Of a stretch of 64,000 nucleotides of DNA, positions 40,830 to 49,308 are shown one piece after another. The DNA lies in contig JANRKS010000031.1 of assembly GCA_033763315.1 (NCBI GenBank), forward strand, positions 128,001 to 192,000, written 5' to 3'. Origin of the DNA: Deltaproteobacteria bacterium. GTDB taxonomy: Bacteria > Myxococcota_A > Polyangia > Fen-1088. Every line of letters begins with the position of its first letter. Position 1 is the first letter of the stretch. The notes under the pieces were generated by a model. It saw only the letters and a program-made list of their open reading frames with translations, did not search any database and was not told where the DNA came from. Made by a program: the position numbers and the translations under genes.

Positions 40830-42026
40830 CTATAGCAGCGTTTCCACTAAGACGGCAATCCCCTGTCCACCACCAATGCAGGCCGCACCAATGCCAAACC
40901 TGCCTTGCCGCCGCCGCAGTTCATGAACCAGGTGCGCCAAGATACGTGCACCCGAGGCCCCTAGTGGGTGGCCCAGCGCAATGGCGCCACCGTCCACGTT
41001 GGTTTTTTCTCGGGGCAGGTCCAATAGCTTCTCCACCGCTAAAAACTGGGCGGCGAAGGCCTCATTTACCTCGATGAGGTCCATCTGGTCGAAGGTCATT
41101 CCCGCGCGCGACAGGGCCTTCATCATGGCTGGCACTGGGCCGAGCCCCATCAGCTTCGGCTCCACACCAACGCTGGCCCACGCATGAATTTTCGCCAGTG
41201 GTTGCACGCCCAGGCTTTCACATTTTCCCCGCGACGCCAGCACCAACGCGGCCGCGCCATCCGCTATGCCAGACGCGTTGCCCGCCGTGACCACGCCGTC
41301 TGCTTTGAAAACCGGGCGTAGCGCTTCAAGGGCCGCGATTTGAGTGTTGGGTCGTGGATGCTCGTCTTGTGTGACGACGGTGGCCTTTTTCCCCTGGCCC
41401 ACCTCAACAGGCACGATCTCCGCGGCGAACCTGCCGGCCGCCTGGGCCGCGGTCCACCGCTGCTGTGATTGCAACGCGAACTCATCGCACGCTTGCCTGC
41501 CGATGTTGTGCAGGGCGGCCACATTTTCCGCCGTGACGCCCATCGCGCAGCCCGCGTAGGTGTCTGTCAAAGCCGCCCACAAACTATCTTCGAGCGGAGG
41601 CGCCTTGCCAAACGCCAGCCCCCAGCGGGCGCCGCGCACCACGTGGGGCGCCAAGCTCATGGATTCGGTGCCGCCCACCAAACAAAGCTCTGCCTCGCCA
41701 AGCGCGATCGCTTGTGCCGCGGTGATCGCGGCTTGGAAACCTGAGCCACAAAGCCGGTTGACCGTTAAGGCGGGCACTTCCACTGGCACGCCCGCACGCA
41801 GGGCAATGTGGCGGGCACAGTAGACGTCTTCCGGCGTGGTTTGAACCACGTTACCGAAGATCGATTCGTCGACCAAGGTCGGATCCACGCCCGCTGCGGC
41901 CAAGGCCGCTTTGGCTGCATGCACCCCCAAGTCTGTTCCTTTGAGGTCGCGAAGCGCGCCACCGAAGGCGCCAAAAGGGGTGCGCTTCGCCGACAGAACC
42001 AAACAGTCTTTGTCCCCTTGCCCCAC
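40830..42026 (-). CDS. Acetyl-CoA C-acyltransferase (thiolase)
   Basis: NRLCGSG, NEAF, GHPLGASG, CIGGGQG. Confidence 0.95.
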   Translation of the reverse strand: MGQGDKDCLVLSAKRTPFGAFGGALRDLKGTDLGVHAAKAALAAAGVDPTLVDESIFGNVVQTTPEDVYCARHIALRAGVPVEVPALTVNRLCGSGFQAAITAAQAIALGEAELCLVGGTESMSLAPHVVRGARWGLAFGKAPPLEDSLWAALTDTYAGCAMGVTAENVAALHNIGRQACDEFALQSQQRWTAAQAAGRFAAEIVPVEVGQGKKATVVTQDEHPRPNTQIAALEALRPVFKADGVVTAGNASGIADGAAALVLASRGKCESLGVQPLAKIHAWASVGVEPKLMGLGPVPAMMKALSRAGMTFDQMDLIEVNEAFAAQFLAVEKLLDLPREKTNVDGGAIALGHPLGASGARILAHLVHELRRRQGRFGIGAACIGGGQGIAVLVETLL

Positions 42027-42041
42027 CGCTACCTCGCTTTG

Positions 42042-45000
42042 TCACACCACGGGTGAAATGCCGAGCTCTTCTCTTAGTTCAAGATGCTCGATGGAGAGCA
42101 CGAATTCCAGGAAGTCTTCGAGCGCTTCAGGACCTTCCTCTTCGGAAACGATCTTACCGACCCGCATCACGTCGCCACAGATAAGCGTGCCAAGGCGTGT
42201 GGCGGTGCGGCCCAAGCTGCGCGCCCACGCGGATAAATTGATGGCTGAACGATCGCGCACAAGCCGCGAGCCGAGCTCAGCCAAGATCACCTTTTCTTGC
42301 GGCGCGCTTGTCTCGATGTGCTCGATGATCTCCGGATCGACTTCGCTGCCAGAGAGAGTCTTGCGGCCCAAGGCCATACACGCCATCAAGAACGGGCGAA
42401 GTTGGCGCCCCGAGCGTGATGACCCGGCGATGCGCCCCGGTGTGCCAAATGACATCGCGCGGCCCAACCGGAAGCCAAGTTCAACAGTGTCGGTCGATTG
42501 CAAGAGAGCCGGCCCCACGAACAATGAATAGGGTCGCGTGTCTGCCAAGCGCGCGTCACCCTCCAACGCTTCATAAGGGAAGATGCGTTCGGGCAGCGAA
42601 ACCTTCAGCACGCCACACGCATAATGAAGCACGCGCCGAAACGCATCCGGGATTTCACCGGGCGCGAGTGGATGTTCGCCCGTCAAGCCCATGTCTTCGT
42701 CTGAAAACGGCGCCAATAGACCTGACGTTGCGAGGAGGGCGAACAAGGCTTCGAGATCGGCGTCCTCACCCGGGTGGCGCGCCTTGGCCAAGATGCCGCC
42801 TTCGATCGGCTGCGCCAAACGACCCAAAACGCGCGGCCGGTGTTGCACAGCCATCGTTTGTTGAGCAGGCGTGGCGTGCCCACGCAACACCAACGCGGCG
42901 GCCCCGATCGTCGCCGCATCAGTTTTGCCCACACGCAAGAACAGATCCACCAAGGCCGAACCCACGGCGCCGTCGAATGGTTGTAGCCGCCACTCCGCCG
43001 TCAAGGCGCGCGCCAACTCTTTCCAACGCGCGAGGTCTTGTTGGTTCAACGCCACCACTTTGCGTTGCAGCTCGAGATCATCTGGAGCCAAGCGCGCGGC
43101 CATCTCGTACGCGATGCGGGCGGAGGCGAAGTCCTCGAACTCCGTCTCGTAAAGCGCCGCCAAGTCTTTCCAGATGCGGCGTCGCAGCGGCAAAGCGCGA
43201 TCGCCCAGGGCGCGAATCAAGCGCCGGTAAATGCGCTCGGTGGCATGAAATTCACTGTAGTTTCCGTAGATGCGGGTCAAGGCATCCAATGCCTGCTCAC
43301 GCGAGGGATCCGCCTCAAGCGCCTTCTCTAGCGAAGCGCGCGCCGTGTCTTCGTCACCCGTGGCGGCCGCCAAACGCCCCAAGAACTCGTGCGCGTCTAC
43401 GTGGCCGGGATCCAGGGTCAAAGCGTGTTCGAGACGTTCACGCGCCTCGGAAACTTTGGGCTCCCCATCGGCCAGATATTGCGCCCACCCCAAGAAGGCA
43501 TGGTAGGCGGCTTGATCGGGTCCTGCCCGCACCGCTTGTTCAAGCTTCAGCAACGCTTGCTGCAAATCGCCGGCGTCCAAGTGCGCGCGCGCTTCAGAGA
43601 AGATCAGTTCGGCGCCGAGCAGATCGGCCTCTTCGTTGGCTTGCCCCAACGTCTTGTCGTAGCCCGCGCGGATGTTTGAATCACACAGCACTTTGAAGGC
43701 GCGGTTGTAAGCAGAACGAATGTTTTCAAGCTTGGCGGCATCGGCACCGAGATCGACGCCCGCGAAGATGTCGGGCGCGAACTTGCGTGTGCGACGCTCA
43801 TAAGCGGCCACGATCTGATCCAGGCCCGCGTTGCGATCGACGCCAAGCAGCTCGTAAAGGTTTTTGCCGTGAATTTCCAGGTATTCACGCAACACAACTT
43901 GGCGAGGATCTTCTTGGCGCTCTTGCGCCAACGCCTGCATGACTTGCGATTGTGCAGCTTCGGCCAAAGCCAAGCGGGCCAACGGCTCGATCGTGATCAC
44001 GCCAGAATCAGGGGAATCCATCTCAGCCATGGGCACGCCGTCGCGTGGCGCGGGCACGTCCAAAGCGCCGCCGTGGCTGTCGTCCATTGAGAAGCCGAGA
44101 TCGATCTCGGGCAGGGCCATCGACGAGCTTTGCGCCGGCAACGTTTCATGGCCCAGGCGTTCCAATGAAAAGGATGACTTCTCCGCCTCTTCCGGCGTGA
44201 CCGCTGATAACACTTGTGGTGGCGCTGGTTCGAAGTCCGCGAGGCCACACAACGCCAGGGCTTCGAGGCCCAAGATCACATTGGATGCGTCTTGTCGCAA
44301 CGCTAGCTCCCCGACGGTGGGTTTGCCTGCCAGCGACTTCGGCAGCTCAGGGCCGAAGACTTCTTCCACCAGGCTTCGGTAGCGTTCAAGGCGGCTTGAA
44401 AGCCGCACGGGGCTCGCGCCGTGCTCTTCCACCAAACGTTCCAGCAACAGATCCGGTGCCGCTGTTTTTTGCAGCCCCACAAACAGCAAACGTGGAATCT
44501 CGAGCTCGTGTTCGATCACGCGCTCCATAAATTCAGCGCCCGATGAAAACTCGAAAGCTCCATCGGTCCAGCGCAAGCAATCTACGACGCGTTTGCGGGC
44601 TTGAGCGCCCAAATACTTCAGAACGTCTTCGGGCGACAGCCATCCCAGCTCAACCAAAACGGCGCCCATTTTCTGTCCGCGCCGCTTCATCTCTGACAGA
44701 AGGAACGTTAACTGTTCCTCATCCAAAATCCCGCGTGCTTGCAGCAGCGAGCCCAAGGCTTCTTGGCGCAGGTTCGATTCAGATCCCACAGGCTTGCCGT
44801 CGCGAATGAAGATCTCTTTGCGCACCTGTCCGCGACGCAACACCAATGTGCCGGTCGAGCCCGCTTCCAGATGTTCGATCAAAAGGCGGGGAACCGGCCG
44901 GTTCGAAAGCGACCCTGCGTTGACGAGGCCGATGTCGATGGGCTCGGAGACCATGGGTGGTATTTCAACCGGTACGGCCCCCAGGTCTGGCCCAGGGGGC

Positions 45001-45638
45001 CGCACAGGCACAGGAGGCGCAACCACCGCGCCCGGCGGTGCCACGCCCACCATGGTGGGAGGGCGTTTCGGCCCTTCGTCGGTGCGTGCCGCTGCGGGCG
45101 CCCCGGAGCGCACGCCCGCAGGCACCACGCCGAATCCCACGGTTCCCCCTGCAGGTGCGGCAGGCGGAGGCGTGGGCAAAGCCACCGCTGGCCTCACTGC
45201 AGAAGGGCGCACTGGTGCGGGTGCGGGCGTCGCTGCGTCCAGCAATTTCAGTACGGCCTGCCCCACAGCACTGGGATCGGCCGGCTTCGGAAAAAACGAT
45301 CCGCCGACCTCTGCCAGCAGTTGATCCAACTGCGCGCGATCACGCACCAAGCCGGACACAAACACAATCGGCAGATGTTCCGTTTCGCCATCCGCGCGCA
45401 GAGCCCGAGCCAGCTCGAAACCATCCATGCGGGGCATGAACAGATCGACGATCACCGCGTCGGGCATTTCCTTGTGAATTTGCGCAAGCGCCCGCTTGCC
45501 ATCGCCTGCGCGCGATGTCTTGATGCCCCGCTGTTGCAGCGAAGGATCGTTTAACAGACCGCGCTCCAGCAACTGGCGCGCCACCGGGTCGTCGTCGACC
45601 AGCAAAACGTTGAGTTTGGCCTCAGCTCCGGCGCTCAT
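42042..45638 (-). CDS. Multidomain REC - Pro linker - DUF4388/PATAN - J-like - TPR protein
   Basis: REC (VDDD, DLFMPRMDG, KP); GSL...GTLVLRRG...IRDGKP; YELLGV...FAPD J-like domain; TPRs; C-terminal helical domain ending LREELG. Confidence 0.85.
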   Translation of the reverse strand: MSAGAEAKLNVLLVDDDPVARQLLERGLLNDPSLQQRGIKTSRAGDGKRALAQIHKEMPDAVIVDLFMPRMDGFELARALRADGETEHLPIVFVSGLVRDRAQLDQLLAEVGGSFFPKPADPSAVGQAVLKLLDAATPAPAPVRPSAVRPAVALPTPPPAAPAGGTVGFGVVPAGVRSGAPAAARTDEGPKRPPTMVGVAPPGAVVAPPVPVRPPGPDLGAVPVEIPPMVSEPIDIGLVNAGSLSNRPVPRLLIEHLEAGSTGTLVLRRGQVRKEIFIRDGKPVGSESNLRQEALGSLLQARGILDEEQLTFLLSEMKRRGQKMGAVLVELGWLSPEDVLKYLGAQARKRVVDCLRWTDGAFEFSSGAEFMERVIEHELEIPRLLFVGLQKTAAPDLLLERLVEEHGASPVRLSSRLERYRSLVEEVFGPELPKSLAGKPTVGELALRQDASNVILGLEALALCGLADFEPAPPQVLSAVTPEEAEKSSFSLERLGHETLPAQSSSMALPEIDLGFSMDDSHGGALDVPAPRDGVPMAEMDSPDSGVITIEPLARLALAEAAQSQVMQALAQERQEDPRQVVLREYLEIHGKNLYELLGVDRNAGLDQIVAAYERRTRKFAPDIFAGVDLGADAAKLENIRSAYNRAFKVLCDSNIRAGYDKTLGQANEEADLLGAELIFSEARAHLDAGDLQQALLKLEQAVRAGPDQAAYHAFLGWAQYLADGEPKVSEARERLEHALTLDPGHVDAHEFLGRLAAATGDEDTARASLEKALEADPSREQALDALTRIYGNYSEFHATERIYRRLIRALGDRALPLRRRIWKDLAALYETEFEDFASARIAYEMAARLAPDDLELQRKVVALNQQDLARWKELARALTAEWRLQPFDGAVGSALVDLFLRVGKTDAATIGAAALVLRGHATPAQQTMAVQHRPRVLGRLAQPIEGGILAKARHPGEDADLEALFALLATSGLLAPFSDEDMGLTGEHPLAPGEIPDAFRRVLHYACGVLKVSLPERIFPYEALEGDARLADTRPYSLFVGPALLQSTDTVELGFRLGRAMSFGTPGRIAGSSRSGRQLRPFLMACMALGRKTLSGSEVDPEIIEHIETSAPQEKVILAELGSRLVRDRSAINLSAWARSLGRTATRLGTLICGDVMRVGKIVSEEEGPEALEDFLEFVLSIEHLELREELGISPVV

Positions 45639-45649
45639 GCGGGGGCTTC

Positions 45650-46420
45650 CTATGACCGCTTCGCTTCGCCTTCAACGGTTTCAGGGACGTCTTCTTCAAT
45701 GGCCACACGCGACGACGGCAACGCCGCCTGCGCTTTGGTGGCGGGGGCAAGCCCCATCTTTGCTTTGAGCGCGCTCAGAGCATCGTCGGTGCCCACGCTT
45801 CCTGCTTCGAGGGCTTTGAATTTTTGGGCCAGTGTATCGCCCGACAGTTCCCCGCCCAATTCTGTGGACGCTTCTGCCTCCGCTTCGATCTGATCCACCT
45901 TATTGGCCATGCGATCAAAAGCGTCAAACGCGCTGTTGTCTGAAAGGCCTTGCATCGTGTCTTGAATCGCTTTTTGCGCTTCGGCGCGCTTTTGCCGCGC
46001 GATCAACACGTTCTTCTTACGTTTGGCTTCCTCGATCTTGTCGTTGAGGGTGCGCAGCTGTTCCTTCAGTTTCTCAACCGCGGCTTTTTGCAGCTCCCAC
46101 TGTTTGCCAAATTCTGCTGATTGACTTTCGTGCTCGGTCTTGCGCTTGAGTGCTTCCCGCGCCAAGGCGTCGTCGCCCGCCCGCACCGCGATCATGGCCT
46201 TGCGTTCCCATTCGGCGGCCAGTTCAGTCTGTTCGTCGAACTGCTTCTTTAATCGCTTTTCATCGGCGATTGAGACGGCCACTTGTTTTTTTGCATCAAC
46301 AAGCTGGCTCTGCATGTCCATGACCAGCTGATCCAACATCTTCTTTGGATCTTCGGCCTTTGAAATCAGGTCGTTTAAGTTCGACTTGATGAGTGTGCCT
46401 AGGCGGGAAAAGAAACCCAT
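45650..46420 (-). CDS. pspA: PspA/IM30 family protein (bacterial ESCRT-III)
   Basis: MGFFSRL amphipathic helix, AEDPKKMLDQ, long coiled coil, FDRMANKV, LSALKAKMG. Confidence 0.93.
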   Translation of the reverse strand: MGFFSRLGTLIKSNLNDLISKAEDPKKMLDQLVMDMQSQLVDAKKQVAVSIADEKRLKKQFDEQTELAAEWERKAMIAVRAGDDALAREALKRKTEHESQSAEFGKQWELQKAAVEKLKEQLRTLNDKIEEAKRKKNVLIARQKRAEAQKAIQDTMQGLSDNSAFDAFDRMANKVDQIEAEAEASTELGGELSGDTLAQKFKALEAGSVGTDDALSALKAKMGLAPATKAQAALPSSRVAIEEDVPETVEGEAKRS

Positions 46421-46483
46421 GATCGTCCTTGTAGCTTACGTGCAGGCTGCGGTGTTTGTGCGAGGTTCGCTTGAAGAAGTGAC

Positions 46484-46867
46484 TTAGGAGGCGTCCCTAA
46501 AACGTGACAACGTCGGGTATAACTTGCCCACCGACATCGTTATGTCGTCGACAGAAGATTGGAACTCATTGAAGTCCAAATTCTCGAGCGCCAACGCCGC
46601 CACGATCACCACGGAGCCGTTCTCAAGTCCGAACGCCCCATGCACCATCTCTGTCGTGTTCAGTCGCAAGAGGGACTCAAAAAACGACTCTCGGTTGGCG
46701 GTCGGCGCGTCCATCACCTTGAGGCGGAACACCACCAAGGGCCCCGTGAGGGAAACCACGAGGTTCTGGTTTTCCTGCACGTGTACGTTCCACATGTGCT
46801 CGCCGAGCGCCTCGTAGGGCGTGTCCAGGCGCAGCAAATAGGATTCGATGTCCTCGGGTCCCTTCAT
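46484..46867 (-). CDS. CesT/YbjN-like (type III chaperone fold) protein
   Basis: 127 aa acidic protein; LLRLN...HGAFGL...LENLDFNEF; GGAGAA RBS; start moved to MKGPED. Confidence 0.82.
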   Translation of the reverse strand: MKGPEDIESYLLRLDTPYEALGEHMWNVHVQENQNLVVSLTGPLVVFRLKVMDAPTANRESFFESLLRLNTTEMVHGAFGLENGSVVIVAALALENLDFNEFQSSVDDITMSVGKLYPTLSRFRDAS

Positions 46868-47090
46868 GGGTGCCTGTTCTCCAGATGGATTGTGTCGTGC
46901 CAGCGCAAACCCGCGCCGCCGCGAAAGTTTTACGGTCCCCCAGAGCGTAGACGATTCTTGACGCAACCACAAACAACGCCCCTTCCAAACGTCTCGCCCG
47001 CCCCCTCCTGCAGGCCTGCTCACGCTTTGGGGCATGCCGTCGCTGTGCTGCCCGGTTCCCTTGCCGCGGCCATGTGAATGTGGTACCCGA

Positions 47091-47855
47091 ATGTCCCTTA
47101 GCCCTATGTCGCTTGATCCCGCCAATTTGCCGCAGCACGTTGCCATCATCATGGACGGCAACGGCCGCTGGGCCCAGTGCCAGGGGTTGCCGCGCGTCGA
47201 AGGGCACCGCCGAGGCGCCAAGTCCGTGCGAACGGTGGTGCGGGCGGCGCGCGAGATTGGGCTTCGTGCACTCACGCTTTACGCCTTCTCCGCCCAGAAC
47301 TGGCGTCGTCCAGGCGAAGAAGTGGCCCTGCTGATGCAGCTGCTGCTTGAGTACGTGCTCGAAGAGCGGGCAGAAATCATGGACAACGGCATACGTCTCA
47401 CAGCGATTGGCCAAGTCGACCGGTTGCCGGGCTTTGTGCGTGAGCCTTTGCAGACCTTGATTGCGGATTCCGCCAGCAACACGGGCATGACTTTATGTTT
47501 GGCGCTCTCTTATGGTGGCCGCGAATCAATCGTCGACGCCGCCCAACGCCTGGCGAAGTCGCTGTCCAGCGGCGAAATCACCGTTGAGAACATCACCGAG
47601 GAGGCTTTCTCCGGCGCTCTGCAAACGGGCCACCTGCCGCAACTTGATCTGTTGATCCGGACGTCAGGCGAGCAGCGGCTGTCGAACTTCATGTTGTGGG
47701 AGGCGTCGTACGCCGAACTGTGCTTCACCGAAACCTTGTGGCCCGAGTTCGGACGCGAGCATCTGTTGGCCTGTTTGGAACAATACGGGCAGCGGGAACG
47801 GCGTTTCGGCCTCACGGGCGACCAACTGCGCCCAGCGATTCGCAGCGTTGGTTAA
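47091..47855 (+). CDS. uppS: Undecaprenyl diphosphate synthase
   Basis: HVAIIMDGNGRWA, YAFSAQNWRRP, YGGR, IRTSGEQRLSNF. Confidence 0.96.
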   Translation: MSLSPMSLDPANLPQHVAIIMDGNGRWAQCQGLPRVEGHRRGAKSVRTVVRAAREIGLRALTLYAFSAQNWRRPGEEVALLMQLLLEYVLEERAEIMDNGIRLTAIGQVDRLPGFVREPLQTLIADSASNTGMTLCLALSYGGRESIVDAAQRLAKSLSSGEITVENITEEAFSGALQTGHLPQLDLLIRTSGEQRLSNFMLWEASYAELCFTETLWPEFGREHLLACLEQYGQRERRFGLTGDQLRPAIRSVG

Positions 47856-47895
47856 GGGCGTGACCGGGCGCCGGCTTTTCGGGTAGAAAGCCCTC

Positions 47896-48726
47896 GTGTT
47901 CGACAAGAATCTTCTGTTGCGGGCGCTTTCGGCGCTGGTCGGTTTGCCTCTCGTGGGCTTGCTGGTGGTTTGGGATCAACGCTGGGGCTTTGCCCTGCTG
48001 ACCTTTGCGATGATGGCGATCGCGCTTTCCGAGTACACGAATATGTCGCCGTTGCGCGGCCGCAGTGGCGCCGAACGAGGCACGCTTGTGGTGGCCGGCG
48101 TCGTGTTAGGACTGGCCATCTACGCCCGTCCCGACTTCGCATTGACGTCCCTTATCGTGGTGGCACTTGCCGTGGGGGCGGCGCAGTTGTTCTTCGCGAC
48201 CGATATGCCCACGGCGGGGGCGCGTTTTGGGGCAACGCTTGCGGGTTTGCTTTATGTGCCGCTGCTGCTCACGGCGCTGCCGCTTTTGCAGCGGGACGCG
48301 ACGCACGGAGAGTCGTGGGTGTTCGTTGCTCTGGGCGTGACATTTAGCTGTGATACGGGTGCTTATTTCGCGGGTCGCGCGTTAGGTAAGCGCAAACTGG
48401 CCCCGGCGATCTCACCGGGTAAGACATGGGCAGGTTTCTGGGGCGGTGTGGCCTCTGCGATGTTGTTCGTATTCATCGCCCGCCAAACCTTTTTCCCAAC
48501 CTTGAGCCTCGTTGATGTGGCCGTGGTGGGGGGCGCCTCAGCGGTCCTCGGCCCAGCCGGCGACCTCGTTGAATCCATGTTGAAGCGTTCGTCTGGCGTG
48601 AAAGACTCGGGCAACGTCATCCCTGGTCACGGCGGGGTTTTAGATCGCGTCGACGCCCTGCTGTTCGTGGGCGGGTTCGTCTACGTTTACGCCGCTCAAC
48701 TCCGAGCGGCGCTTGGTCTTGGTTGA
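47896..48726 (+). CDS. cdsA: Phosphatidate cytidylyltransferase
   Basis: DTGAYFAG, ISPGKTW, GDLVESMLKR, KDSG...PGHGGVLDRVD. Confidence 0.95.
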   Translation: MFDKNLLLRALSALVGLPLVGLLVVWDQRWGFALLTFAMMAIALSEYTNMSPLRGRSGAERGTLVVAGVVLGLAIYARPDFALTSLIVVALAVGAAQLFFATDMPTAGARFGATLAGLLYVPLLLTALPLLQRDATHGESWVFVALGVTFSCDTGAYFAGRALGKRKLAPAISPGKTWAGFWGGVASAMLFVFIARQTFFPTLSLVDVAVVGGASAVLGPAGDLVESMLKRSSGVKDSGNVIPGHGGVLDRVDALLFVGGFVYVYAAQLRAALGLG

Positions 48727-48989
48727 TGAAGCCGCTATGACAAGGGTGTCATAGGACCGCAGGCGGTCCCTCAGATGCCTGCGGGGCCCAAACGACGAAA
48801 CCCCCGCGAGGCGTTTGCCGGCGGGGGCGTTGTCGTAACTAAGTGAAAAAAAGATCTTAAGTCTTTGAGGCCGTCGTTCGATGGGACGTTGGCCCCTCAA
48901 CCGTGGCTTTTGCCCTGTAAGCTACTGAAACCATAAGCAAAGCTGGAATACGGTGGGCCGGAAGCTAAGCAAGAGTAAGAAAGTATTTA

Positions 48990-49308
48990 AGCCAACTAGG
49001 GGTACGGCTGCTGGTCAATCCAGCGGGCCGAAGTATTAGGCCACACCGGTTGTTAAGGCCGGTGTGTGGGAGGAGCGGCTTGTTTGGGGGCCATAATAAT
49101 CCCATCCAAACCACTCCCTTGGCTTTTGCAAGGGTTGTGCCGAAGCGATTCTCCCGTTTACCGCATGGCCAAGTCCTTGGAAATCTGCGCACTTCCATGT
49201 TAGGACGGTGGTCAACACATCCCTACGGACCGCCCAGCGGCCTTTTCACCCTGACTTTGATGTCACACCGCTTTTGCGCAGGTCCCGGCCCTTTTCACGT
49301 GTCAGTGA
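48990..49308 (+). promoter_or_regulatory. Candidate structured 5' leader RNA of the RNase E/G gene
   Basis: At least six stems including a three-way junction, readable directly from the sequence (see findings); no credible ORF; boundaries approximate. Confidence 0.55.

Noticed and set aside
46885-46903. Possible sigma54 promoter for the cesT-pspA operon (TGGCACG on the minus strand)
   Set aside because: The -24 box is perfect but the -12 TTGC is missing (AATC), and no pspF-like activator is nearby.
48727-49308. RNase P RNA, SRP RNA or a small ORF in the cdsA-rne gap
   Set aside because: No GAGGAAAGUCC (RNase P) or SRP domain IV consensus found on either strand; the short ORFs lack an RBS and typical codon usage. 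6S RNA is not fully excluded without Infernal.
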